IMG/VR virus record: IMGVR_UViG_3300047319_001872
Span: 1-64,000 of that record
DNA: 64,000 nt
Strand: one strand, 5' to 3'
Below the pieces are notes generated by a model. The model did not search any database. It worked only from the letters and a program-made list of their open reading frames with translations, and was not told the DNA's origin. The position numbers and the translations under genes are program-made. Shown piece after piece: positions 1 through 8,583 of this stretch (the first letter of the stretch is position 1; each line of letters starts with the position of its first letter).

Positions 1-148
1 TGCGACGCACGAGCCGCATCACGGGTTGCTCGTCGGGCGTATACAGCGAGTTGATATGGTTTTCGATAAACCCTTCATCTGCGTTTGTCGCTTCGAAATT
101 CTTGAAGTCGTAGTTGGCGAAGAAGAAGGAAAGAGCTTTCTGGTTCAT
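1..148 (-). CDS. hypothetical protein, 3' end runs off the window (MNQKALSFFFANYDF...)
   Basis: Read manually: ATG at 148 with an open minus-strand frame to the window edge; same orientation as its neighbours. Confidence 0.55.
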   Translation of the reverse strand, partial: MNQKALSFFFANYDFKNFEATNADEGFIENHINSLYTPDEQPVMRLVRR

Positions 149-206
149 GTGAATCTCAGTGGTCTGTGTGGTACTTGGGCAAGCCTGGCGTCGCCCCTGG
201 TGTTTA

Positions 207-473
207 TTAAAAGAGTACTAGCAACTGGTACGCGCGATCGAACTGTTCGATGGCGAGCGAGAAGAGATTGATCCTTCGCAGCACAACCCCCGAGCGAAAG
301 TAGGCCGTAGCCAGGCCGTAAGCGGAATTCATGTCAAGCAACATTTTGGTGTGCTCACGCTCAACACGCTTACGTTCTCGTTTTGCTGCCACGTACATGT
401 CACTGCAACGCTGTCGCTCTTCCGTCCAAAAAGCAGGCGGTTGATTCTCGCGGGTCGAGGAAATAGAGTACAT
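207..473 (-). CDS. hypothetical protein (88 aa)
   Basis: ORF track; tiles between neighbouring minus-strand ORFs. Confidence 0.55.
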   Translation of the reverse strand: MYSISSTRENQPPAFWTEERQRCSDMYVAAKRERKRVEREHTKMLLDMNSAYGLATAYFRSGVVLRRINLFSLAIEQFDRAYQLLVLF

Positions 474-481
474 CGTCGACC

Positions 482-754
482 TTACGCAGCAAGTGGGGTA
501 GCGCTACCGTCTTCGATAGCCTTGATGTAAGCCTTCACCTCGTTGAGCATTGTCTGGTAGGTGTTCAGTTTGTGGACCGTGTCGCCACCCAACGCTTCGG
601 GGTGTTTGAGCGTCTGCTCGATCTGAGCGAGGCGCACGAGTTGCCCGATGTTAGAGGTCAGAGCCTTGCATTCCCGCAGTTTGCCATGCAAGGAAACTTT
701 GAGCTTAATCAGGATCGCCTGAAGCTCGTCTTCGGTAAAGCGCGCGTTAGGCAT
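482..754 (-). CDS. hypothetical helical protein (MPNARFTEDELQ...)
   Basis: ORF track 482..898; start moved to the ATG at 754 (GAGAA upstream); phage-like codon usage from there. Confidence 0.65.
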   Translation of the reverse strand: MPNARFTEDELQAILIKLKVSLHGKLRECKALTSNIGQLVRLAQIEQTLKHPEALGGDTVHKLNTYQTMLNEVKAYIKAIEDGSATPLAA

Positions 755-1063
755 GCTAGTTCTCACGCGGGTAGGTTGGGAAAATAAGAAGGGCTTCTCG
801 TCCCCTCTCATGTAATTTAGGTATCCCGACATACCAAGAAAGCATCCCATCATTTTTGCTTCGAAGGAGGCGCTGGAGGGTCGACTTGACCGGGCCATTT
901 GACGACCACCAGCTCTTTACTCTCGTGAAGCGGCAGGCTCGTCTGGAGTGCGTGCAGATTGTACAGGCAGTTCTTGCTAAAGAACGCACCGATATGCCCG
1001 TGGGGGAGTTCCACCAGTCCTACTTCCTTTTTTGCCATCACAAACCTAGAGAAAAGACCAAAA

Positions 1064-1087
1064 AAAAGAGGAGCCGAAGCCCCTCTA
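1064..1087 (-). terminator. intrinsic terminator for the leftward cluster
   Basis: Minus strand reads AGAGGGGC-TTCG-GCTCCTCT followed by a T8 run. Confidence 0.7.
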
Positions 1088-1133
1088 TTAACTCACCCCT
1101 CAGGCGAGGGGCAAGGGAGTAGCTAAGAGACCG

Positions 1134-1421
1134 TTATTTAGTCGAGGCGATGAAAGTGTCAAGCGCTTCGACCAGTACCTCGGCTTCAAAACGCGTGATT
1201 TCCAAGTCGCTTGCGCGGCCGCCCGAACAGAACTTGATCTTGACTATGGCCGCAGCGCGGGCGTATTTCTCGGCTTCATAGGGATCGTAAGCCGGATCAG
1301 CGGGCGTGAGTGCGCCTTCGCCTTGCGTGATCGTGAATCCACCGGACTCGCCGAATTCGTTGATGGTACCTTGACGTTGCTCATGCATCACGGGCTCCTT
1401 AAGTGTGATCGGCTTCCACAT
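1134..1421 (-). CDS. hypothetical protein (start may be the ATG near 1388)
   Basis: ORF track; ends just before the terminator. Confidence 0.65.
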   Translation of the reverse strand: MWKPITLKEPVMHEQRQGTINEFGESGGFTITQGEGALTPADPAYDPYEAEKYARAAAIVKIKFCSGGRASDLEITRFEAEVLVEALDTFIASTK

Positions 1422-1593
1422 CCAGCATTCCAGCCAAGCGATGCAAGGCAGCAGCGGCTTGAGTTGCCGAGGCCGCGGCCGTCTTGATCTCCTGAAAGGT
1501 CAGTGTCTGAAGCTCAGCAGACTCTAGCACATGGGTTGCCTGAGCTAGATCGTTCTTGATCTCCCTGAGCAGGAGTGCCTTATTACGAGCCAT
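1399..1593 (-). CDS. small helical hypothetical protein (MARNKALLLREIK...)
   Basis: ORF track; ATG at 1593 overlaps the end of the upstream gene, consistent with translational coupling. Confidence 0.6.
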   Translation of the reverse strand: MARNKALLLREIKNDLAQATHVLESAELQTLTFQEIKTAAASATQAAAALHRLAGMLDVEADHT

Positions 1594-2116
1594 AGCGCGC
1601 GCCGTCAATGAACGACACTTCGAACTGGCCATCAAAGCGCATCGTCACGCGTTCGTAAACCGGATACTCACCGTCATGCGTGAGTTCGCGGGGCTTGACG
1701 AAGCGGATCTTGCACTTGACAGCCGACTCATCGTCAATCACTTTGCACTCGCGCTTGAGGAGTTCCTCGAAACCGCGCTCAAGCGCGAAAGCATACTGAG
1801 CATCTTCGCCCAGCTTCACCATGATGACATTCTGCATGAGCACCCGCAGATTATCGACCACGACGTTGTAGGCGCGTTTGCGGCGCAGATCCGCAGGCTT
1901 CACCCCTGCACGATCGGCCATGATGATGAGATCAGCCATGGCACGCAGGCTGTCACGCACCTTGCCTGCCCACAGCGTGGTATCCAAATCACCGCTGGCG
2001 AACTTGAACTTACCGATGATGCGCTGATCGAGGCTCAGGTTAGCAATCTTACGGATCTCTTCCGTGTGAGCCTTCAGCGAGGTGACGGGAATTGCTGTAG
2101 TGTTAGTTTCGGCCAT
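1583..2116 (-). CDS. hypothetical protein (177 aa)
   Basis: ORF track; GGAGAG Shine-Dalgarno before ATG; strong GC3 bias. Confidence 0.8.
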   Translation of the reverse strand: MAETNTTAIPVTSLKAHTEEIRKIANLSLDQRIIGKFKFASGDLDTTLWAGKVRDSLRAMADLIIMADRAGVKPADLRRKRAYNVVVDNLRVLMQNVIMVKLGEDAQYAFALERGFEELLKRECKVIDDESAVKCKIRFVKPRELTHDGEYPVYERVTMRFDGQFEVSFIDGARYGS

Positions 2117-2154
2117 TTTGGCTCTCCTTGTTACGAGGGGGTTATGCGAACGAC

Positions 2155-2481
2155 TCAGTGCGACGGGGCGAGCAGGTTAACGCTGGTCTCACCGATGCAG
2201 ACATTGAACTGATCGAAGATCAACCAATGGTCTTGCCATTCGATATTGCCCAATACGGGGTGCTGTGCGTCACCGGCGCGCGGCAGGGTAAACCCAAAGA
2301 GCTCAGCCAGGAACGTTTGGTTCGGCAGGGCGATCACTTTACGTTGGCTACCCGGACCTTCAGGCAACACATAGCGTTGCAGTGCTTTCTTGAGCTCGTT
2401 GATCGTGGCTTGCGCTTGCGACTGTTGTGCATCCTGATAACGCAAGGTAAGCAAGTGACTGACAATACTGGTTCCGTACAT
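2155..2481 (-). CDS. hypothetical protein (MYGTSIVSHLL...)
   Basis: ORF track; start moved to the ATG at 2481 (GGAG upstream). Confidence 0.65.
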   Translation of the reverse strand: MYGTSIVSHLLTLRYQDAQQSQAQATINELKKALQRYVLPEGPGSQRKVIALPNQTFLAELFGFTLPRAGDAQHPVLGNIEWQDHWLIFDQFNVCIGETSVNLLAPSH

Positions 2482-2491
2482 TGAGAGCTCC

Positions 2492-2674
2492 TTATTGGCC
2501 TTGAGATTGGATCTCAGCGATGCGCGCCATCTGCATCGAGTGACCCATTTCGCAGGTGGTAGCCAAGACGCCACCAAAGGTCATGAAGCACAGAACGACG
2601 AAGGCAACCTTCTTCACTGTGTTCACGAGCTTGGCGCTGTCAGCGAGGTAGTCTTTGTTTGCGTGATCGATCAT
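2492..2674 (-). CDS. small single-pass membrane protein (MIDHANKDY...)
   Basis: GGAG SD before the ATG at 2674; hydrophobic stretch VAFVVLCFMTFGGVLA. Confidence 0.65.
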   Translation of the reverse strand: MIDHANKDYLADSAKLVNTVKKVAFVVLCFMTFGGVLATTCEMGHSMQMARIAEIQSQGQ

Positions 2675-2767
2675 GGTAATACTCCAAGAGATGAAAAGAG
2701 GGATGTAAAAACTGAGATTATTTAAACGGCACACTGGCCTGGGGTTGCCCCCAGGCCGCTATGTCGT

Positions 2768-3370
2768 CTAGCGACGGCTACGGCTTAGGCCAACCATGGC
2801 CATGCCAAGCAGCGCGCCTGCGAGGGTGCCCACAGCTTCTTCCGTGCTGTAGGTTTCGCGACGAGCCGGACGACCCACTGTCATCGTGACCGTCGGGCGA
2901 TGCGGCGCATAGGTTTCTTCTACGTGCACAGTCGTCGTCTTGGTACCGAAGGCCGTATGCTCATGATGCACTTCGGTGTGAGCGTGCGACATCGTCGGCT
3001 GCATCGAAGCAATCTTGTAGATCTTGATGGTCGTGGCACCGTAGATACCGTTCGGGTTCTTCTCGACGACTTCCAGCGTCAGCGGCAGATGCTCGATGCC
3101 TTCCACCATGAAAGACTTGATACGGCGACCGTAGAAGCTGCCTTCGTTGTACTCGACACCGACGATCGCGCCTTCGTAAAGACGCACGAGCTCGTTGCGA
3201 CGGTGCTCCTGCGACTCACGACGACCACCGAAGCGATCTTCGTTCGTGATGTACGTCACGTTCAGGGCTTGCGGACGCGCACGCAGTTCACGCAGCCGTC
3301 GTTCAGCCCGCTCCGCTGCTGTTTCGTTAGCGCGATACTCGTAGTCAGGCAGGTTGTTGATGCTCAGCAT
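2768..3370 (-). CDS. hypothetical protein with a C-terminal hydrophobic Gly/Ala tail
   Basis: ORF track; GGAG SD; C-terminus AVGTLAGALLGMAMVGLSRSRR. Confidence 0.8.
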   Translation of the reverse strand: MLSINNLPDYEYRANETAAERAERRLRELRARPQALNVTYITNEDRFGGRRESQEHRRNELVRLYEGAIVGVEYNEGSFYGRRIKSFMVEGIEHLPLTLEVVEKNPNGIYGATTIKIYKIASMQPTMSHAHTEVHHEHTAFGTKTTTVHVEETYAPHRPTVTMTVGRPARRETYSTEEAVGTLAGALLGMAMVGLSRSRR

Positions 3371-3436
3371 GGTAATTCTCCTTGTCAGGAATGAGGTACG
3401 CCAGGGGTCACCCCTGGCTGAATGTGTCGGGCGGGC

Positions 3437-3862
3437 TTAGAAGCCGAAGCGCGTACGCGGACGTTCTGCACGGCGCACCGAGATGCGCACTTCTTCGACA
3501 TTGCGACGCGGCATCGGGCGCGACACCCGTGCGGCGCTCAGCAGGGATTCGACGTCCGACTGGATGCGAACCACTGTCACGCTGTTTTCACCGAAGATCG
3601 AATCGCGTGCCGACGTATCGGTCGTGAGATTCAGCCCCAGACCGTCCAGGCCTTCGACGACCATCGTGGTGATCTTCTTGCCAAAGATCGTCGAGAGGAC
3701 TTCGGTCTTACCCAACACTGTACCTGCTTCCAGGACGATGTCTTCTTCCTGCGACCAGCTGCGGCTCACATGGCCAGTAACGGTATCTTCTTCCAGCGTA
3801 CGGCGCACCGTAGCGCGGATGACGTTAGAACGATGAGCGGCGTTGATGTGCAGAGCGAACAT
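3437..3862 (-). CDS. hypothetical protein (141 aa)
   Basis: ORF track; AAGGAAG SD; strong GC3 bias. Confidence 0.8.
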   Translation of the reverse strand: MFALHINAAHRSNVIRATVRRTLEEDTVTGHVSRSWSQEEDIVLEAGTVLGKTEVLSTIFGKKITTMVVEGLDGLGLNLTTDTSARDSIFGENSVTVVRIQSDVESLLSAARVSRPMPRRNVEEVRISVRRAERPRTRFGF

Positions 3863-3940
3863 GGCTTTTGCTTCCTTGTTTAAATGTAGGGGGTATTCAA
3901 AAACAGGGGAGCATCTTCTCTCCCCTGTCGGTACTACAGC

Positions 3941-4204
3941 TTACTCGGCTGCGAAGAGTGCATCGAGGGCGTCACTCGACCAGGCTTCAGTGTAGCCGAA
4001 GGAGGTCTCCTCTGCTAAGCCGAACTGCTCAGGCAGATTCAGCTCATGGCGCAGCGAGACTTCCTGAACCTCCTCGAACACTGACATTTCTTCGATGTCG
4101 TAGATGTCCAGGAGTTGCCTGCGCTTCGGCGTATGGTCCTTCGCTTCAGACTTGCGAAAGAGGTGGTCCGGACGAACGAAGCGAAAGGGCTTGTTTTGCG
4201 ACAT
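3941..4204 (-). CDS. hypothetical acidic protein (MSQNKPFRF...)
   Basis: GGAG SD before the ATG at 4204; the longer track start overlaps a promoter-like repeat. Confidence 0.65.
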   Translation of the reverse strand: MSQNKPFRFVRPDHLFRKSEAKDHTPKRRQLLDIYDIEEMSVFEEVQEVSLRHELNLPEQFGLAEETSFGYTEAWSSDALDALFAAE

Positions 4205-4277
4205 GGTTTCTCCAATTGCTTGAGAAGAGGTTGAACAACGAAAGTGGTTAGAACTTGTTACTTGCTCTAACTCAGCC

Positions 4278-4347
4278 GGAGAATATATGGTTGAAATCTT
4301 TTTCAATCCACGACTCTACGGCATAAAGGCCTGGGTTACCCCAGGCC
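4278..4347 (-). promoter_or_regulatory. hairpin/TATGCCG element followed by a promoter-like CCATATATTCTCC motif (copy 1)
   Basis: Hairpin GGCCTGGG-TTAC-CCCAGGCC at 4328-4347; about 50 bp nearly identical to 5006-5053. Confidence 0.55.
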
Positions 4348-4361
4348 CCTATATTACCCGA

Positions 4362-4697
4362 CTACCACCACTTCGCCAAACAGAATGCCGCGAAGCATTC
4401 CATCGAGTCGAAGAGCTCGGGCTCCTGGTGGTTGCCACTGCTGTCCTTCCAGAGCAACTCGCCCCAGATCGGAAAGCTGTGCAGTCGCCCCGGTGAGAGC
4501 TCATGCACGATCGTCGCATTGGCATTCACCTGTGCTTCGATCGTGTGCTCCGTGCGAAACTCCCACGTGAGCGTCTTCATGAACTGGGCCAGTGTCGAAC
4601 CCTTGTCCCGATCGTACGGGAGGCGCTCGAGATACTTCACGGCCGCGGGGTGATCGCGGGAGAAGTCTTCAGCACACTGGAAACGTTCTTCACTCAT
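4362..4697 (-). CDS. hypothetical protein (111 aa)
   Basis: ORF track; AAGGAG SD. Confidence 0.75.
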   Translation of the reverse strand: MSEERFQCAEDFSRDHPAAVKYLERLPYDRDKGSTLAQFMKTLTWEFRTEHTIEAQVNANATIVHELSPGRLHSFPIWGELLWKDSSGNHQEPELFDSMECFAAFCLAKWW

Positions 4698-4715
4698 GTC
4701 GTTCTCCTTGAACGG

Positions 4716-4946
4716 TTAATGGGTTTTCAAGCGACGATGGCTATCCATCAAGCCGCAATTGCACGGACCACCATGACCATGAATCGCCGACCAATCCGAC
4801 GACGCACAGTTAGTCCGTTTACGATTTCGTATCAGCCACTGCATGCCGTGAGGCGGTTGACGACAGCTACGGTCTCGCGTGAGATCCTGAGTTTCCTCAT
4901 GGATCTTCTTAAAGTTAGCCAGGATGGCTGTAAAACGTTCAGGCAT
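4716..4946 (-). CDS. possible small hypothetical protein
   Basis: ORF track only; fills the gap downstream of the promoter-like motif. Confidence 0.4.
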   Translation of the reverse strand: MPERFTAILANFKKIHEETQDLTRDRSCRQPPHGMQWLIRNRKRTNCASSDWSAIHGHGGPCNCGLMDSHRRLKTH

Positions 4947-5005
4947 AGGTCTCGGCGTGTAGTGACAGGAACGAGCTGCAAGTCTTTACTTGCTTGTGCT
5001 CGCCG

Positions 5006-5076
5006 GGAGAATATATGGTTGAATCTTTCTAGGATCACGACTCAGCGGCATAAGAGCCAGGCTACTGTGCCCGGCT
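5006..5076 (-). promoter_or_regulatory. hairpin/TATGCCG element followed by a promoter-like CCATATATTCTCC motif (copy 2)
   Basis: Imperfect direct repeat of 4278-4327. Confidence 0.55.
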
Positions 5077-5089
5077 CAGTCTGGTCTTG

Positions 5090-5640
5090 TAATTAAATAT
5101 TCTATTCTTACAGAGTATGACTCCAGGGAGTATTCCTTTCTAGGGAATAATAAAGAGAGGGGCTCCGCCCCTCTCTACGCTTAATTCTCTTCCTCCGCTT
5201 CGCTCCGCGTCGCCTCTGCTCCTTGACACATATCTAAGTTCCTACACAGTATTTTTTTACTTTATCCTTATAAATCAAGTACTTAGCTTCTAAACCCGAT
5301 ATTAACTTATCGGGGAAGGGGCTTGGTCCCCCTTCCCCTTTTTAAAAAGTTTAGACCGGGGTTTGTCAACCTAGAGAGTGAGCGCTGGCGCGCTAGGGAG
5401 AGGAAGCAAAGCACGAGCGCAGCGACAGAGATAGTTTTGGATAGGTATTGGATTGTATTGTTGATGAATGACACCGCATGGTCGAAAACCCGCCCAGCGT
5501 TGCAAACCCGTCTTAGGGGCGCGGCGGGCGGGTTTTTATCGTGTTCCCCTATCTTGTTATGCACCGCACGCAGCAGGATCTTTTATCCTGTAGATAGCAA
5601 TACTGTGAATCTCCAATTCCGTTCCTACTCCCTAAGGAAA
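5090..5640. other. AT-rich non-coding region at a divergent strand switch with several hairpins (candidate origin or ncRNA locus)
   Basis: Perfect stems at 5154-5176, 5295-5314, 5312-5338 and 5485-5536; no convincing ORF. Confidence 0.5.
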
Positions 5641-5646
5641 GAACCC

Positions 5647-6723
5647 ATGAGCAAGAGCATGTTCCGAATGGCGCTGGAAGGCGAGACGGTCGAGATGACC
5701 TCGCGTCCTAACGAGCCGACCATCGTGATGAGCGGTCCGTTGTCCGAGATCTTCACCAAGGCGCTGGATGTGGCCTACGCCAAAGAGCCGAGCCAAGGTG
5801 AGGGTGTAGTGGCCACGGAAAGCCAAGCCCAAGACGTGACGGTCATGCAAAAGATCGTCGAATCCATCAGCAACAACCAACAGCAGTCGGTCCAGCCGGT
5901 GAGCGAAGTCAACGGCGAAATCGGTGCCCCTGGTGCCGAAGGTGCTGACCTGCAAGTGTACGGTGTGGCGAAAGCTGACATCACCGACGCTGACGTGGTC
6001 GATGTGGCCGATGCGCTGATGAACGAAGACAGCGAAAGCCGCCCGAAGGAATTCGTGGTGGTGGTCGACGGCACTTTGCCCTCGGTCAACGGTCTGGGTG
6101 GCGCACCCAAGGAAGAAGTCGAATATCTGTCCGAAGCGATGGAAGCCCTGACCAAGCGGCTGGGTGGCAAGTTCTATCGTTCGTTCGAAGAATTCGTCGA
6201 AGGCGTGGTGAATCCGGAAACCGATCTCGGTAACGGTGGCAACGACGGCGCGGACGGTGTGGGTACGGCCGGTGATGTGACGGCCCAACAAGGTGGTGAA
6301 GGCGTCGCAGGTGACCCGGCAACCAATCCCTGCCCGCAAGATCCGTCGATCACCTCACGTGTGGTCGAGATCGCGAAGATCGCCGCTGAAGAAGCCGCTG
6401 CCGCTGCCGAAGCTCCGGCTGGTGAAGACAGCGGGGTGGCGCCTGCGCTGGAAGAAGGCAATACCGACACGGGTCAACCGGTCGTGCAACCGGTCTCGGC
6501 CTTGCCGAACGATCCGGGTGCTTTGAGCCCTGAAGCGCAAGCTGCCATCGGCGCGGGTGACGACAAGGTCCCCGCACCCAAGAAGGAGGGTGAAGTCCCG
6601 CAGAACCAGGCTAACGGCGAAGACCCGACGGTCCCCGTGGCCAATGGTGACGCTGCCCTCGAAAGCTTCCGTGTTCGTCTCGTTACGTTGGCGCCTCGCC
6701 AACGCGTGCGCGCACGTAAGTAA
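5647..6723 (+). CDS. acidic putative virion head/ejection protein
   Basis: AAGGA SD before the ATG at 5647; several A-x-E motifs (ALE, ATE, AME) typical of phiKZ-type prohead-protease substrates. Confidence 0.7.
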   Translation: MSKSMFRMALEGETVEMTSRPNEPTIVMSGPLSEIFTKALDVAYAKEPSQGEGVVATESQAQDVTVMQKIVESISNNQQQSVQPVSEVNGEIGAPGAEGADLQVYGVAKADITDADVVDVADALMNEDSESRPKEFVVVVDGTLPSVNGLGGAPKEEVEYLSEAMEALTKRLGGKFYRSFEEFVEGVVNPETDLGNGGNDGADGVGTAGDVTAQQGGEGVAGDPATNPCPQDPSITSRVVEIAKIAAEEAAAAAEAPAGEDSGVAPALEEGNTDTGQPVVQPVSALPNDPGALSPEAQAAIGAGDDKVPAPKKEGEVPQNQANGEDPTVPVANGDAALESFRVRLVTLAPRQRVRARK

Positions 6724-6751
6724 TCTCATCCCTGGAACGGATGGTGTAAAC

Positions 6752-6780
6752 GGCGGGGCTTCGGCCTCGCCTTTATGCCG
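6752..6780 (+). terminator. GC hairpin followed by TTTATGCCG
   Basis: GGCGGGGC-TTCG-GCCTCGCC then TTTATGCCG, directly after the gene stop. Confidence 0.65.
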
Positions 6781-6826
6781 TTGATCCTAATTCTGTGTAT
6801 CGTTGCCCTATCTGAGAGGATGCTAA

Positions 6827-8068
6827 ATGGTAGACGTTTCTATCAAGGGCGTGTTTGAGAGCGAGTGTGCCCACCTCGCGCTGGACGCGCAATTGGCCAA
6901 ACGCATCCATTTGTACACAGTCGGTTTCGCCCATAAAAACCAGGACCACATCGAGTTCTTTGGCGGGAACCTGACCGGTGTGCAAGTGGTGCGCTTTACT
7001 GACAGTGATAAAGACCGCTGGTTCACCGAGATTCTCCAAGCGGACGAAAGCACACTCGAAGCACGGCTGGTGGCGCTGCCCACGGTCAACAGTGACTGGG
7101 TGGTGTCCTCCGACACGCTCAATCTTTCCTGTGCCTGGCTCTTGCATGCGTTGCTCCACAGCAAGAAGCTAAGCGACGCTCAGCGTCATCAGGCGATGTT
7201 GGATGTCGTCCTGGTGATGCAGTACAAGTTCCTCACATCCCGTCTGTACCGGCACTTTAAGTACCCGGCGGATCGTGCGACGGCAGAAGCCACGTATGCA
7301 GCCCTGACGTTTAAGTATGCGATTAAACAGTACGGCTCTTGGGCCGCAGTGCTCAATGCCCGCGCCGAAGAAGTGATCAGCCCGACCGGTCTTCACCGCA
7401 AAGCCATCGAACTGATGGACCCCGATAGCACCGTCATTTATTTGCTCAATGATACGCAAGGCCGGATTCGTGACATGTTGAAAAACATTTACGATGTCTT
7501 CTTGCAAGTGCATCGGCAGGGTATCAAGATCAGCTCGACGAGTTCGCTAGTCGAACACGACGGGGTCGAGATCTTGAAGGACAAGTCGAAAAACCTCCTG
7601 GCTTACACCAGGTACATCAACTCGATCATCACCGACCGGAACTCCTTTATTCGCGAAGAGCTTCTCACTGTTATCGAGAAGCAGATGAAGACGATGCCGC
7701 CCCGTCTTTTCCGCGAATCGCTCGAATGGATGTCGGACAATTACCGCCAGTCCGGCGCGAGCATGATCGAAGAGCTGCTTAACGAAACCCTGATCCACAG
7801 TTTTGACTACCTCGCGGAGAATCGGAACTTGGTGAGGAATTCTACGGACTTGGCCAGCCTACTCACACGCTTGCGTGGTGTGTACATGAGTTCGCGGTCC
7901 ACGGACCCTGCTCTGTTCTCGCTGCGGGAGAAAGCAGAAAAGATCGTGAAGCTCGCGACTAACAATAAGAACTCCAGTGTGATTGCGGCTGTGCGCACCG
8001 GGATACTGCTGTACTTGATCGCCCGCGCGTATTCGATGCGGTATTACTCCCAGAGCGCCGCTGCATAA
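6827..8068 (+). CDS. conserved phiKZ-like virion structural protein
   Basis: 413-aa ORF; N-terminal HIEFFGGNL.GVQVVRFT segment recalled from phiKZ-like phages; lies upstream of terminase. Confidence 0.75.
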   Translation: MVDVSIKGVFESECAHLALDAQLAKRIHLYTVGFAHKNQDHIEFFGGNLTGVQVVRFTDSDKDRWFTEILQADESTLEARLVALPTVNSDWVVSSDTLNLSCAWLLHALLHSKKLSDAQRHQAMLDVVLVMQYKFLTSRLYRHFKYPADRATAEATYAALTFKYAIKQYGSWAAVLNARAEEVISPTGLHRKAIELMDPDSTVIYLLNDTQGRIRDMLKNIYDVFLQVHRQGIKISSTSSLVEHDGVEILKDKSKNLLAYTRYINSIITDRNSFIREELLTVIEKQMKTMPPRLFRESLEWMSDNYRQSGASMIEELLNETLIHSFDYLAENRNLVRNSTDLASLLTRLRGVYMSSRSTDPALFSLREKAEKIVKLATNNKNSSVIAAVRTGILLYLIARAYSMRYYSQSAAA

Positions 8069-8095
8069 GGCTTGGTCGCACGACCAGGTTCTACC

Positions 8096-8506
8096 ATGTC
8101 GCTTTTGAAGAGGTTAGCTACCCGAGGGTTCCTGTGGCTGGAGCACGTAAAGGGTAACAGGTCGTTCCAGCAAGAGATCGTGATCCAGACGAATCGCCGT
8201 AATACGCTTCGGGTGATTCATCATTCGGGTTACGACATCACCATCTACTGTCAGCGCTTGCAGTTCGAGACGGGCTACTCGCTCTGGCAATGGCCGAAGA
8301 AGAAACACCTGGCTTACCAGTTGTTTTCAACGACGACCAATGATGCACCGGAACTGATTCGTCGGGCATGTGACTTAGCGGTTACATTGCCTGCCCTGTG
8401 TCCCGGTTATGTAGAAGACGAAGTGCAAAAGCTCTACGCCATTGATGCGTACGTGGATTTGATCACGGACAAATTAAGAGCGCTCAAGCAAAGTAGCTTC
8501 ATCTAG
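8096..8506 (+). CDS. hypothetical protein (MSLLKRLATRG...)
   Basis: ORF track; ATG at 8096. Confidence 0.65.
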   Translation: MSLLKRLATRGFLWLEHVKGNRSFQQEIVIQTNRRNTLRVIHHSGYDITIYCQRLQFETGYSLWQWPKKKHLAYQLFSTTTNDAPELIRRACDLAVTLPALCPGYVEDEVQKLYAIDAYVDLITDKLRALKQSSFI

Positions 8507-8513
8507 CGCGTAT

Positions 8514-8542
8514 GGGGGAGGCTTCGGCCTCCCTCTATGCCG
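8514..8542 (+). terminator. GC hairpin followed by TATGCCG
   Basis: GGGGGAGGC-TTCG-GCCTCCCTC then TATGCCG. Confidence 0.65.
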
Positions 8543-8583
8543 CATCAGTATGATTACATTTACAGAAGACTCAGGGCAAGTAA

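Noticed and set aside
4350-4357. Plus-strand TATATTAC next to a hairpin
   Set aside because: It points antisense into a leftward gene with no downstream rightward ORF. A single 8-mer in an AT-rich flank may be chance.
5323-5646. N-terminal extension of the 466-aa ORF into the intergenic region
   Set aside because: It runs through hairpins and AT-rich DNA with atypical codons; a good SD and ATG lie at 5647.
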